From the NCBI RefSeq assembly GCF_008831285.2, contig NC_045138.2, positions 28,334,001-28,398,000 on the forward strand: a DNA stretch of 64,000 nt. The letters run 5' to 3'. Both the position numbers and the translations under genes were made by a program. Positions within the stretch are counted from its first letter, which is position 1, and every line of letters starts with the position of its first letter. Of the stretch, positions 12,701 to 26,240 are shown one piece after another. A model generated the notes under the pieces. That model did no database searches. It was not told the origin of the DNA and worked only from the letters and a program-made list of their open reading frames with translations. The stretch is from Nymphaea colorata (lineage: Eukaryota).

Positions 12701-15700
12701 GCCATTCATATAGAGGACTGTATCCTCTGGGCAATCATAAAGATGGAAGATTTACCCCCTTCTCAGTTTGATCTTTTGTGATTAAAGGACATCATCAAAT
12801 GCAAGCCCACTAAACTAAGAACAGGTGGTATCGACATTCTTGTCCTGGACTGAACCGCAAGGGCCAAGGGGACAGGCTGTCCAAAAACATCTTGTTCTAA
12901 AACAGCGTGACAGCTTGTCCTCGTGTACACAGTGCTTCTCTCCGGCGTGTTTGATTTGTATGGAGACTGTCACAACAGTGCAAAAGGCAGATGTACAACA
13001 AAAAGGAAAAAAGGTGTTCCTTGTGTTCATGATTTTGGTGGACATGAACATGAACGTGAACCCGGAACAGGATGCAGGAATGCCCGTAGGGTCTGCAAAT
13101 GGAAACTGGGCTTGTTTGATCCCACCCTGAGGATGCCAAGAACCTGTTCCTGGCGTCCTAGGAACAGGAAGAACAAGCACGTCCCTGAGAGTAGCCACAT
13201 TTGCATCAACATGAAATAGACATGTTCCTCTGAAGTTACAGGGGCCCCAAGTCTTCTGGCTGTCTTACACTGCATTTTGATTAGACAAGCACATTTGGAG
13301 AATTTGGTAGAGTCTAGATGATTTACATGAAGGCCCAGACTATACGCTAAGCCAGTCTGTTTTTCAAAAACTAATCCACTTCATCTAGCGCAACTAAGAT
13401 CAAGCTACAATGATCACGCTGTGTTCCCTACTTGAACTAGTAAGCTTGTTAAGATGATCCAAACATGGTTCATATGTTGATTTGGACCTGCTAGCCTGGA
13501 ATTTGCCTGCATTTCAATTCAGATTTTATGTAAGTTGGTGCAACTTCTGAATCTCACTGGATGTCATAAGTTCAAAAGCCTGAGGTTTATAAGGTCGAAA
13601 CTAGGCGAAAGTTTGTTGGGTAGGATGGTTCCTTTAAAGCCCAAACTAGTGTCTTTCTCTTCTAGAGAGTGTATCCTTTTCAGAAAGACACATATACAAA
13701 GAGGCGCATATTCTTGAAATTTTTCCATGGTTTTCACCAAATTTGACTTGAAAACCTGGACATAAGAGCAGTAATAAGAGAAGAGTGCAACTTAATTGGC
13801 TTTAAGTAATAACAAGTAGGTAGGAAAGTGTCACAACCTAAGCCAAAAACAAGAGAAAAGAAGCAAACAAACTTGAGTTAAATGCATGAGAAAGCGATGG
13901 CTCACCACATTTGACTCAAATCAGGTTCACACACGACTCAAGTCCAAACTCTTCTTGGGACTCAGCCGAACCAGTGTTTGACCCGTGACTTGGAGGTGTT
14001 CGACGTCCTTGGAAGCTGACACAGAGCTTCCAAGTTCCATCCATGGCGCCCCAAAAACAGAAGGTGGGGAGAAAAAAGAAAAACAAACAGAGGTGGGTTC
14101 CACATGTGAAGAACGAATGGAAGAGCATCCAAGGCACCCTTGGCAGTTTATGAAGAAGGGCTAGCCCACACATCATCTGCTCTTTAGGAAGTCCACATTA
14201 TTTGAGTATGGTATCATCAAGTGGTCCAAAAGGCCACATCTAACCATGCTCCAAATTTAGAACACCTAACTCTTTAACTTAACACTATTTCTGCGTCACA
14301 TATACTATTTGATCATTGAATGAATGCAAATGTATCAGCTTTTTCTGCAAAAAGAAGAACACACCATTAGGGACAACCACCTAAAAGCACCTTTCTTTAC
14401 GAGAAAATACAGTGACCGTATACCAAAAACACATGTTTCACATTGCCTCGGCTTAACCACGTTTTCCTGCTACTAAGGGAAACCATTCTTCTTTGCTTTC
14501 TCCATGATTGATCAATTTCAAGTTCTCATCTCATTTATAAGCAAACAGAAACCCAAATTTATTGGCTTTACTGCTAAAAAGGCAGGGTTCATAAAGATGT
14601 GTGCATTGTCAACATTTATGAGTTGCTCAAGTGGGCCTTAAGCTAAGCTCTGCATTACAGCGCTTACATATATTATGTATAAAATCTAGTAAACATTTGG
14701 GCATTCAATAAACAGTTACATATTCAGTAGATGGAAGACAATACAAATGATTCACCAACCATAGCCTAATGAGTGAGATTTGGTATTGAATTCTATGGAC
14801 TACTGCCCATCGTCTATTGGATGAGATTTTCAGGTGATTAACACCACACCATCGGAAAAAGAGGCCTGAAAGCCTCCCAAATTTCTCTTATCTATGGGAT
14901 TTTGAGCTGCTTCGGCATCAACAATGTGAGTAATATTGCACCCTATCACTTACAAGACATAGTGCCTATAAGAATCGACAAGCTATTCTATGCTTCTTGG
15001 AGGTCTTCTTGAGGCTCTATTAGATGAAATTTGACAAGACTTCAAGAGTGAGAATCTTAGACATAAGAAAAGGGTATAGAAGCATTAGAATTTGTAGCAT
15101 ATCCTAAACTCTCAGTCATCTCCTCGAGTGAAAGATGGAGAAAAAAAAAGTATGGGCAATTTGGAAGTAGTATAAATGCAAATGCCAACACCTTTTTCTC
15201 ATTTACTAATAAAATCTTATCTTTCAAATTCAATGAATGATAAGCAGTCGTCCCGGCCCCTAAGTCTTATCCTTCAAATCTCGTGCGATGGATGATAAAC
15301 TATGTCCATGCCTTTCCTTAGCTAAATCTAGAGTTTTCATCTTGTCACATTGGGGGCCCCTATAAAGTTGTTTCAACACAAATATCTCAGCCACAATTTG
15401 ACCTCTCTCTCTCTCTCACTATCGCCTGGTTTTGCAATGTTGTATTGTGTGATTACCACCATGCAGTGTCAACTTTCTTGAGAACTTTGAGCCCTTATTT
15501 ATATATATATAATGGCTTTCTCTATTTAGAGTTACCTGCCCATCTAACTAAGGTTGAGGCACAAATGAATGATTCGGAGAAAAACAAGTTGAAACTGTAT
15601 GAAATTTTTAGCATTCTTTTTTCGTTTGTTTTTCTTTTGACTATCCATCATGTTAGATCAGATAACTTTAATGAATCAAGTGATTTGAAAAGTCAAATAT

Positions 15701-17550
15701 ATGTATATATATATATGAAAGATCATTTAATGTGTACATCTACTAAGGAGCACATCACATATTCATATGGTCCTTAATATATAAGGAGACGTGGATAGGC
15801 GCCGCCAGCCGGAGATATCTTCAAAATCAGGAGTGACAAAAATTTAAGACGGAAAAGGCAAAAACCAAAGGAAAAGAATGTGGCCTTTTTCCGCATAAGT
15901 TGCCAGTGGGTACGGCAAGGGGCCACCCTGAACCGCCAAGTTGAAAAATCCAACGGCCGTCCTTCACCACCGCCCACCAATTGGAGGTAGAGCCGTGTGG
16001 GCAGCTAACTTCGAATCCGGATTCTTAAAATCCAACGGCAAAATAAAATAACCAAAATAACGCATTATCTAAATGCTCAATAGGCACGATTTTCTGCGTT
16101 AGGCAACTAATAAAACTTCAACTTCACGTTAAATTTCTAACGTTTCGATTGCTGAAAAAGATCCTGATATTATCTCGGTGTTCGGGTTAGTAATTAGTAT
16201 GAGAACCCGAACTACTTTTCTAGTTCTCCAGTCATGAAACACAATATTTTTCTGGTCCACATGGGAACTATCCACACTTATTCAGGTAAACTCTGGAGCC
16301 GACCCAGCGACTACGTGTCTAACTAAAAGGACCCAATTCGGATCCAGATTACTGATCTCGAAGTCGAAGCTAAACGATATTAGCCTCTTCAATCTAAAAC
16401 CGAACCGGATTTATGCCTAATCAGGTTTATACCGGATTTTGTGGCGGGTCGAAGATACCGTCCGTCCATCTTCAGTTCCAGCTAAAATCGGACGGTTGAT
16501 AATCTACCGTATTACACCCCCAAAAAAAATAGAACCAACAAGAAAGAATCTTGCATGTCCACGATCAGGAAAATATATAAATCCACTTACTATATACGTT
16601 AGGTTGAGAACTGCCGGACCCGGTCCAAGTCGATAAACCGGTACGTCCAATAGACCGTGCCACGCCTCGTCCGCCACCGGCCCACCAATCTCCTTCAAGA
16701 TGATCGCCGCGTCCGCCGCGGAGATGGGAAGCGACGGTATATCCGCCACTGCACCTTCCGGCGGCCCGGCTCTCTCGCATCCGCCGGCCATTTCCAAGGT
16801 GCTTGCCCACCCGGGCGTCGTCGGATCGCCCGCACCGTTATATACTGTGCCGACCTGTACTCCGCTTGGTGGCATCCATCTCGACTCCGGGAACCACCCG
16901 TCCGACTCGGAACCGTAGTCCGCCGTATCGGTGTAGATGACCACTCCGGCCGCTCCCGCGTGGTGCGCGTTCTTGACGATGTCGCCGCGGTGTATCTTCC
17001 CGTACCGAGCGACGACGACGGAGCGGGAGACGTTGATGCCGAGACGCGCAAGGGCGGAGAAGTCCTCTCGTCGGCCGTAGTTAGCATAGACGGCGGGACC
17101 CACGGCAGAGCCCGAGGGGGCGTAGGCATGGAAGGTGGGTACCACCTCGTCGGAGAACGGCGAGGGGTGACCGGGAACATGGAGTTGAGTGAGCGGGAGG
17201 GCGACGGGAAGGCGGAGTTCGGGGGATGAGAGCGTCAGGGAGCGGAAGGAGGGGAAAGTGAGGAGGACGTCGTAGCGGACGGAGTGCGTCGGCAGGGCCG
17301 CCGAGGATAGGACGTCGCTGACGTACCGAGCGACGAGGGCGTCTGCTGGCGAGCCGGAGACGTGGGGGCGGGCTGTCAGGCGGCGGAGGTGATCGGAGAC
17401 TGTGGTGTTGGAGGCCGGAGGAGCGGCGGAGGAAAGGAAAAGGGAGTGGAAGTCATTCCTGGGAGGCGCCGGTAGGAAGGTGGTGGCGAAGGGGAGGAGG
17501 ACGGCCACGGCAAGGGAAATGAAAGACTTCCACCGGGACACTTTCGTCAT
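3773..17550 (-). CDS. LAMP1: Glutamate carboxypeptidase II-like M28 peptidase (LAMP1/AMP1 family), 12 exons, 708 aa
   Basis: Exons 17550-16591, 11769-11702, 9349-9268, 8810-8718, 8299-8147, 7839-7771, 7502-7415, 7216-7133, 6500-6412, 4472-4359, 4271-4128, 3955-3773. All introns are GT-AG and the 2127 nt total is in frame. N-terminal hydrophobic anchor; PA domain ([22 protein letters not shown]); Zn/catalytic motifs [33 protein letters not shown]; TfR-dimer C-terminus ([22 protein letters not shown]). [11 protein letters not shown] and [10 protein letters not shown] are LAMP1-like rather than AMP1-like. Confidence 0.93.
7622..7670. repeat. Compound (TG)n(TA)n microsatellite
   Basis: Directly visible, in LAMP1 intron 6. 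Confidence 0.9.
10720..10807. repeat. 44-bp tandem duplication (LAMP1 intron 2)
   Basis: ggggagcataaaactctgcacatctggaaga(c/t)actgaagataaa x2. Confidence 0.9.
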
Positions 17551-18620
17551 TTCTGGCGATCGTCGTGGCGGTTTGGCTTACGTTTGGAAGCGGGGAAGGG
17601 AGGAGGTGGCGGACGAGTTATATTGCTCATGGAGGGGTATTTTAGTACTTTGGGACTTTGGAATTAGGATGGACTAGTCATTTCGGATGGCGATATTTTA
17701 AACAGCGAGCTCTTAGAAATAGAATTGCAGGGCGAACATGGTGCTGGAAAAGGAAATTTTTTACTTAACTGCGTGAGCCAAGAAATTATATTTTTAATTT
17801 AATCCTCTCTCTCTCTCTCTCTCTATCATTTCCTTTCGATGCATCCCTGTAAAAGTTCTGGTCTGTTCACCGGTCACGCTCGCCGGAAAGCGCCCATGTC
17901 TGGCGTGAGAACAATGTTTCCGGCTCTCTGCTGCTATCATTTTCGACGGCCTGTTTCTTGCTTTCATCATTTTATCTGGTTCGACTCTGTCACCATTTAC
18001 GTGCTCAGATTGTTGCAACTTGCAAGCATCCGAACCCTCTCGCAGGTCGTTACCGATACAATGTCACTGATTAGTGAACGGTTTTTATCTATTTTGGCGA
18101 TGAAACATTTTCCGACAGGACCTCGACGGAGAAGACTGATCCTCGAGGAGCATCTACTCGGTTTTTTGTCGGGATTGACTCTCATATGCTTCTCCCCACT
18201 AGCAGCCTTTCCTGCTCACCTTTTTATGCCCATCCGCTTCACCGCTCAAATGGTTTTCCGGCGAAGCGTCGCCGAATAAAAAAAGCTCGTGGCGGTGATC
18301 AATCCGAACGTGAAGGCAGCGTGCTTAGAGGAAGTTGCTGGGAAAGAAGGTGGGCTTAGTTAATTTCTATAAAAGGTTTTGAGGTGGGGACTTAAGCGAC
18401 CAAGTAGTTTCAATTAATATTTTTAATAAACTTTTAGTATTTAGTATGTTTGTGACTAGTGATTAGCAACCGACCGCTCAGAAATAGTAATATTTCATTA
18501 AAGGAGAAACTAAAAAGTAAACGTAAAATAGTAATATTTCATTTGAGAAGAAACTAAAAAGTAATTTTTTTCTAATGCACTCTCTCATGGTTCAGTTCAG
18601 GCGGTTAAATGAAAAACTTC

Positions 18621-18651
<31 letters not shown>

Positions 18652-18977
18652 ATCTGCTAGTTATACGCTGATTTGTTGGCAGTGTCATTGTAAGTTTTTC
18701 ATTCTTCTTTTTAAACTTATCGCTAGATTCTCGTTGTCAGGATTTGCGATAGCTTGCCGTCATTATGCGAGGCAACTTGAGTGGGTCGGCCCGTTATCAC
18801 ACTTTTAATTAATCAACTTGTTTCAAGTTTTCGACGAGCAAATCTCCCTAACGCTTCGTTTCCCGTACATATTTTAATGGCATTAGTTTACAGTAAACTT
18901 GAGGAGCACATGTATTGTTGACTTTTACTTCAATACCCTACCTAATGTAATTCAACTCAGGCTGGATAGAGGATTTC

Positions 18978-18981
<4 letters not shown>

Positions 18982-19021
<40 letters not shown>
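18982..19021. repeat. (TA)n(TG)n microsatellite
   Basis: Directly visible. Other (TA)n tracts at ~1572, ~19416 and ~21513; (CT)n at ~17806 and ~25322; poly-A at ~18621 and ~54041. Confidence 0.9.
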
Positions 19022-20356
19022 ACCAGACTATTTGAGTAAAGGATAAAAACCAAACTTCTTAAATTCGTATCAAAATACATTTTGAATAAAATATGAACCT
19101 TCTAACGTGTTTACAAACACTAATTTAATATAAATCATGACTTAGTTCAAGTCCTTTTTGTAAAAAAAAATTGATCTTTATACTACCAAAATTTTGATGT
19201 TATAAGAGTTGTTCATTTTTTAACCATTAAAATTTAAGTAAAAAAAAAGACAACTAACCTAATATATGTTTATCATCAAATCACTCTTAAGATCATGTTT
19301 ATAACTCTTAAGATCATGTTTATAAGGTTAGATTTTAAAAAACTTAGTTTAATAATTAATTTCAATAAGTCTGGTTTTCATTTCTTACCCAAGAGGTATA
19401 TTTTTTACCAACTTATATATATATATATATATATTTCTTCATCCAAGGTTTGAATGGAGAAATGCACAGACCTATCAAAGTATACTATCTAATGTATTGC
19501 ATGAGGAAGGATGCTCAATCCCGTTCACATTGGTTGCATTGCATTGGGTGGTAGTGATGAGACCGAGTGCAATGGATGGCGTGAACATTTCACCTCCGCT
19601 ATAAAATATGAAACGTTAAAAAACCAATTTGTCCAAAGCCTTTCAACCGGAAAAAAACGAGAAACAAGACTTTAAAAAACTAGTTTGTCGGGAGATATTC
19701 GGTTTCGAACCTTTTGTTCACCGGACTGGGACACTGTTTTTGGCTTGCAAATATAAAAAGACAAACAATGTCGGCAGTAGCCAAAAGCAGCGGTAAATCA
19801 CTGTTAATAAAATACAACAGACGGCCTCTGAACGATGTTGGAAGGTTGTATTTTCTTCCATCTTTAGTTGCTAAATTGATTGTTCAACTACTTCCAGTTG
19901 ATTTATAAGTTGCCTAGTTTTTGATCTCAAAGATCAAACAACACCGAAGTAATAGCTCCTAAGAATAAGATAGATGAGTTAAAGGAGCTGGTAGCAGTAT
20001 TAACAGCAAAATAGTTGTCACTAGCCTTAGTTGAAGAGCTGTACATTCCCTTACACCTACATTGTGCTCTTAAATTCATTAATAAAGCGTAACATACTTG
20101 GATGCATGTATTCTTAATTGTTTTAATTTTCCTAGGATATAATCTAGCGTGAAAATGGTTAATAACCAAAATACCCTTCACTAAGTAAAAAATAATATTG
20201 TATAAGGGTAAAAAGGAAATTATGAAAAAGTTAAAAGTCTCAAAAATATATTTTTTATTAAAAAATTTCTAAAATACTCCAAATCTCCCTATTTTTTTCT
20301 TGGTATATATTGTGTTGTGGTGCACGCAACTCAATCTCAATCCGATGTCTTGGACT

Positions 20357-20771
20357 TAGGGATGTCAACTGATCGGATTCGGATCAGATACATCTTTAAC
20401 CATATCCGTTTTTTTGATATTCATATATTCGGATTCCGATTCGGATTTGAATTCGAATAAAGCAAAGTCATATCTGAATCCGAATCCGAAATCTGATTTT
20501 ACAATCCGAATCCGATTTTTATATTTATATCCGAATCCGAATTTTGAACCGGATTTTGCCATTTTTCAAGTATTAGATAGAGGATATTTGTCTAAAAATG
20601 AATCCGATCCGATATTCATGTATATCCAAATCCGAATCCGAATCCAATCGGATGTCATTTATTAAATCCGAATCCGATCCGATTTCTTAATTGGATATTA
20701 AATTTTTATCCATATCCGATTTTTCGGATCGGATCAGTCAGATATCCGATTCAAATCGGATATATTGACAT
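20357..20771. mobile_element. hAT-type MITE with atccga/tcggat subterminal repeats
   Basis: Left TIR tagggatgtcaa; right end ttgacat (last ~5 nt of the TIR missing). 8-bp direct repeat cttggact at 20349-20356 and 20772-20779. Dense atccgaatccg repeats. Confidence 0.85.
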
Positions 20772-21510
20772 CTTGGACTTATACCCCACGGTCTGGTCCT
20801 AGTGTGGCACGTAACCATGTGTTCTTTGTTTAATATTGACACAATATGTTGAAACTTGATAGGAAATTTTATGAGCTATTTTTTCATTTACCAATGACAG
20901 CACATAGTAATCCCTTGCATTAAGTATTAACACACGGAATAAAAGAAAAGAAAGGCTTCTTGGAGGCAAACTCACACCAATAATTTCATGAGCTTCAAAT
21001 GAATTTTGTATAGAAAAATTTACATACACAATTAGTCGTAGTACGCATGCAGATGCGCACGCTCACGCAAAAATGCACGCACACATAAACAAACTACGTA
21101 GGCCACATTTATCAGATTACCAATCGTTTGGTTTTGCATGACGTCTAGCGATTTGAACTCTTTTGTATATACGCATATTAAAATATAAATACTAAGTACT
21201 AGAAGTCGATTAATATGATTGCATGACTCAGTTTCACACATCAACACACATAATTAAGTGGCTGTCCACTTAAAAATGTAACCACTGTTTGACTTTTTTA
21301 AGAACTATTTGCATATGGTTTTCTGTTGATTTTCCATTTTTTTTAAAAAAAAAGAAAAAAGCGTTTCATGCTTTTTTGATGTATAGAACTAAAAATATTC
21401 CAGTCCATTAATAACTCTTGAATCCCTATCGAATCTATGCATCAGCAATGGTTTTTTTCTTCTTTTGTTCCTAGGTTCTCGAATGTAGAAATGCGTATAT
21501 CCATTGATTG

Positions 21511-21546
<36 letters not shown>

Positions 21547-22229
21547 TGAGTGCTTCACACCTCAGTGTACAAAATAATTATCTAAACTAGCTTCCAAACC
21601 CTCATATACATATACCAGATACCAGATTTGAAGGAAATTATTACGCCAATGATTTGAGAAGATCACATGGTGCAAAAACAACTTGCAAATATAGAACCTT
21701 AGTTGTTTTTTCAAGGGTCAAAAAAAAAAAAAATCCTTCAAAGGAGGAGAGGGAAGGGAGAAACAAATGACTTAAACCAAATCCATTGATTCTTTTGAGG
21801 GAGACTTTAGAACTCTTGAAAAATCAATTTAACTTTTATAGTTGCAACTTAATTTCCACCATCTTATTTTCTGGGAATCGACAACATAGATAATTCTCTT
21901 CAAAGGTATGTTTTTTTTATAAATACATGCACTTGCACACACACATATCAAAGTCTGGTAGCTACCAGTTTTTCTACATTTGGTAAAACCTGCATTTTAT
22001 TACTTCTGTTGGTTTCCGGAGTCATTTTCAAGTTGCTACTATAGATGAGCTAGGAAAAGCCACCCAAGCTGCAATGGAAGGCCATAAATATTCATTAAAT
22101 AGTCGAATGGCTACAATTTCCTAACAGTCTGATACCTGAACAAAGCAAACCCGTAGTTGCATTCTGGGGGATGCATGATCCATCAAAATAAGACGGTGGT
22201 TTCCAGGAAAGTAGGTAACGTGAGCTACC

Positions 22230-23330
22230 ACCGATCCTGTTCAGCTTTCTTTGCCATTTAAAACCTGTTTAAGTTGATCAGCCGAGCAACAAGCCGATGC
22301 AATTCTGCGATGAGTTCCAACTTTTGCCTTCATGACAATGTTCGCATCAAGAATCAGGTAAAGCAAATCGTTAAAATCTTTGAACCAGTGACAAGAAAGA
22401 TTGTGAAGAGATGTTGCAGGTTTGGACAAGAAAGATGGAGAGGGTAACCTGTAATGCGACTGTATGTAGTTAGAGTACAGGTCTATAATGGTGGTGGTGA
22501 TGACGGTAGCATTAGAATTATTCCTTATGCCTCCAACCCCTTCGATAGTGTTTTCTTTGGACAAATATTAGTGTGCCAAAATGATTTGTCTGGCTCCTGG
22601 CTTACATCATCCTTTGTCTGGCTCCTAAGGGCTATGGCCCCATCTCAAAAAAAAAAAAAAATTACATGTAAAATTTTAAAAAAACTTTACTTCTCATATA
22701 TAAAAATTTTAAAAAATGATATTTCAGTCCAAGTCAAATTTAAAAACTTAATTGGGGCCCCACTTTTCTGGCTCCCCTCTTGCCTAACTAGAAAGAAAAA
22801 CATGTGGTAGATCTTGGAGTTTGTGCTTTCCCAAACCCATGCGGTGATTCTGGGTGAGGGAGAGTAATAACCCTACTGCCCAGATGGAGTCGGAGCTCTC
22901 TCGTTTCTCTTGCATGTGGGTCTAGGGCTACTTCGATGTCTGGTGTAGACCAAATATGTATAGACTATTACAGTGCTTCTACCTTATATAGCACAAAAGC
23001 ACAACGTCTACAAGAGTCAAGTTTTTCACACCATCAGTCTAACCAGACTGCGCTGCACCCTTCACAGGGAAACCCGTCATTAAATTGCAACTATTAATGA
23101 GGTTAAGACATATAGAAGGTTGCAGTTCGTGTGGGATCCTACGCATTTTGCATTGAGAAAAAGCTGCACACTAAAGGAACCAGACAAATGGATACCTCTT
23201 CTCCATTCGGGAGTATACCATAATGGCTTGACCGAAAACAATGGGCTCAACAACCAGATATTATTCAGAACATCACCAAATTTGTGAGCTCTCTAGCCTC
23301 TTCAATGGCGGAAACAATGAACAATGAGGT
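22230..23330 (+). pseudogene. Possible heavily decayed G-type (bulb) lectin / S-domain gene fragment
   Basis: Fragments DVAGLDKKDGEGNL, SNPFDSVFFGQILV and CAFPNPCGDSG...PYCPDG occur in the order expected for B-lectin then EGF-like modules of SD2-type proteins. Interrupted by the 22.6-kb repeat; many lesions. Weak by-eye similarity only. Confidence 0.33.
22620..22780. repeat. Dispersed short repeat (MITE-like), copy 1
   Basis: tacatgtaaa...tatataaaaatttt..aaaaatgatattt...gtcaaattt..aaaactt.aatt...ttctggctc is shared with 54740-54870. Confidence 0.6.
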
Positions 23331-24019
23331 TAGGTAAGAAAAGGCAACATATTAGTTGGCATTGCCATATACTCACTCATATTGTATATTGTATATGAAA
23401 AAATTGCTCTTCATTTCATCAACACTCAGGATATCAAGATCTCATTTTTGCCCATAATAGAAGGGAAGGTAAAAATATTGTCAGTAGTAAGAATATGGTC
23501 ATCCCATTTTCTGATATTTTTTCCTCCCTCATTTTTTGCCATGTCTTTGCCTCATAGAAGGATGAAAGCACTGCCACTCCAAGATGCAGACTGGATGTTT
23601 GAGGCCTATTGCTTATAGTGGAAACTGTGCACTTTTCTTGATCTGGCATTGAGAAAGAGTGGGTTGCTTGCATGTGGAGGTTCATTAATGATAGATCAAC
23701 TTTGTTCAGTGGACATGCAAAGTGCAGGTAAGAGCCCTTGAAACCAATATTGGTAGCTCAAGTCTATCAGTTTTTTTATATTTCTTTTTGAAAATATTGC
23801 AGCAAAATTTTTGGATCTGTGAAAATTAAAACATGAGATCTCAATCCATGGTGTTTGTTTTACTAACATTGTATTTTTGGCTTCTTCAATTTCGATGAAA
23901 ATCAGCCAAGCTAGATGCTGGTTTAAAATGGAAATTTGAACAATAAAATTTATGGATTTCAAATAAGTGAAAAAGCACAAAAATGTATTCACTTTCTTAT
24001 ATGTATATATATATGTGTA

Positions 24020-24245
24020 TATAAAATAAAACCAAATCCAAAATACAATTTTCTAAATGCCTGGACATTAGATAGAAGATATCCAACCAGATATTACTTA
24101 AGTCTGAATTTGAACCTGAATCCTATGGAATTTCATTTCCTAAACCCGAACCTAAATCCAATTCGATTTGTTAATCAGATCTTAAATTTTTTTTTTCTAT
24201 ATCCTTTTTTTTTGAAGCGGCTCCATTGGATATCATAGATTTGCT
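24020..24245. mobile_element. Eroded relic similar to the 20.4-kb atccga MITE family
   Basis: Degenerate atccaa/acccga motifs ending in ...gatttgctgacatcct, resembling that TIR end. Confidence 0.4.
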
Positions 24246-26240
24246 GACATCCTCATCAAGGAGAAGTTGCTGCGAGATCTTTGTTGACACACTGAAATGC
24301 ATTTTCATTTCAAAGGCAAAACGTTGTTCCATCTCCTTCGATTATCAGTGCTTCTCCAAGAGGTTTCCTTGGTTTAATGGATTCCTCGGTTTATTTGTAT
24401 CTCAAATAAAGGCATCCAAAATTAAGAGAAAGGAAAATGTGACATTTCATTTGCGACTTATAAGAGGTACACTGCATACATCAAAAATAAAAAAAATGAC
24501 TGAAAATTTGAAAATTTTTATCCTCATAAACTTAAGAAACCTCAATCTCTATTCTTCCAAGTACAAGGAGACTGAGTCAATATCAAGAAGACCATAAAGT
24601 CTTTTCTTAATTTTAACGTCAAAAAAACTATCTTAAGCAGGAAGAGGATTTCATCGTACTGCAAAGCGAAGCCTCTAGGATCCAAAACTGAGTGCACCTT
24701 CACTTCTCAACAACAAGCAAAGGTAATATACAATTATGCATTAAGTAATGATGGGACATAGGTTCAGAGCATCTTCCATTTTATAGGTAACATTAATGGG
24801 CATAGTAAGAGTATGACATGTATCAAACCATATTTTAAAATGTGCTTATGATAATATGTTATTACTAATGCACAACCAATTTGGCCGATTCATTTTTCGG
24901 AATTTGATTTGGACAACGCCATCGCCATCCGTTCCATCTAATTCATATCAAACACACACACAATAGGGTCACAACTTGATCCATATCATTGAATTCGGAG
25001 TCTAAAGAATGAAAATTCAATTTCAAAGAATCAAAATTCAATTTCAAATTTAAGTATTATTTCTTTATCGACTTCATTCATTTTTATGGAAGAGAGTTAT
25101 TTCGGTTCCATTTTTATATCTCAGAACCAACCTTGACGCAGACGCTCTTGATTTAATCGGGTTTCCACTTTCCATCTCCTCAACTTTGCGCGGTTTTCTT
25201 TTTTGGGACGGACAGTTGTGTTCGTATCCATTTTTCTACGGAAGTTCAAATGGCGGTTTTGAATGTTTCGCGGGTAAAACAAGAATTGGGTTTCGCTCTC
25301 CGCACTTCTTCACTGGTGCGTTCTCTCTCTCTCTCTCTCTGTCTGTCTTTTGCGTTTCAACACTGGCTTCCAAAGGGATCGCTCTCATGCATGGTGGGGC
25401 TTGCCGCTTGTGGTTTCTGCCCTCCCTGCTTTAATGGCGATCGTATGAAAGAAGCGGAACAAAGGAAGAGGATGCAGGGTACCCTACGTTTCAAGCAGAG
25501 GCAGAGCCGGTGGAATGCAACGATTCTTTCGGGCTTCAGAGATCCTTTGGCGGGTTCCCTGGGTTTGTGAGTCCGAGGAACCTAATGTTGAATATCTCGC
25601 AGAAGACGAAGACCTTCTAAGATCGTCCAATCGGCAGCCTTAGACCTTCTCTCGCTTCAGACGAACCCCTTCGCATCCTGCTCGCCTCCTTGGCAGCCAT
25701 CGGGGGTCTGATTTTCAGGTCTTGTTGTTTCTTGGTTCTTTCCTTTATACCCAAACCACTGCCTGTTAATAAGCTCGTCTTCTTCTCTCTCATGTTTCTA
25801 TCTCATTCATGTTGGTTAGCAATTTTTTTTTTCTTGATCAGTGCTAGCTTTCGATCTTGAACTTTTTATTTCGTCTATTCAGAACGAGCATTTTCTGGCG
25901 GATGCATCATTTTGCTTGATTTTCTATAGTTGCAATAGAGCTTTAATGTTCTGTTAAGTTGCTTCTGCGAACCCATGAATCGATGATTCGCTTGGCTGAA
26001 TTGTATTCAATTCCTTTTGTTTGTCCTGTATTTCTCCTCTATTCCATTACTTTCGTCTGTGTTATTTTCATAATTTTCCATTGTTATGTTATCATGACGG
26101 GGAAGAACGAAAATGTTAGTTGACTGTCCTGAAATTTGAAAACCATGCTCTCGTAAGGCTTTCTTCTACCATTTTTCATACTTCAAGGCAATATTGTATG
26201 GTGAAGAGACATCCCATTCATTTAGCTTAAATATCCACCC

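Noticed and set aside
12370..12771. 133-aa His-rich ORF in LAMP1 intron 1
   Set aside because: Arises from degenerate CAC/CAT microsatellite-like sequence; no domain and no splice context.
14740..15130. Possible LINE remnant in LAMP1 intron 1
   Set aside because: No convincing RT or endonuclease motif could be read.
16565..17677. Alternative-frame and antisense ORFs over LAMP1 exon 1
   Set aside because: Same high-GC artefact.
20365..20665. ORFs with NPNP/SDSD/IRIR repeats
   Set aside because: Translations of MITE hexamer repeats.
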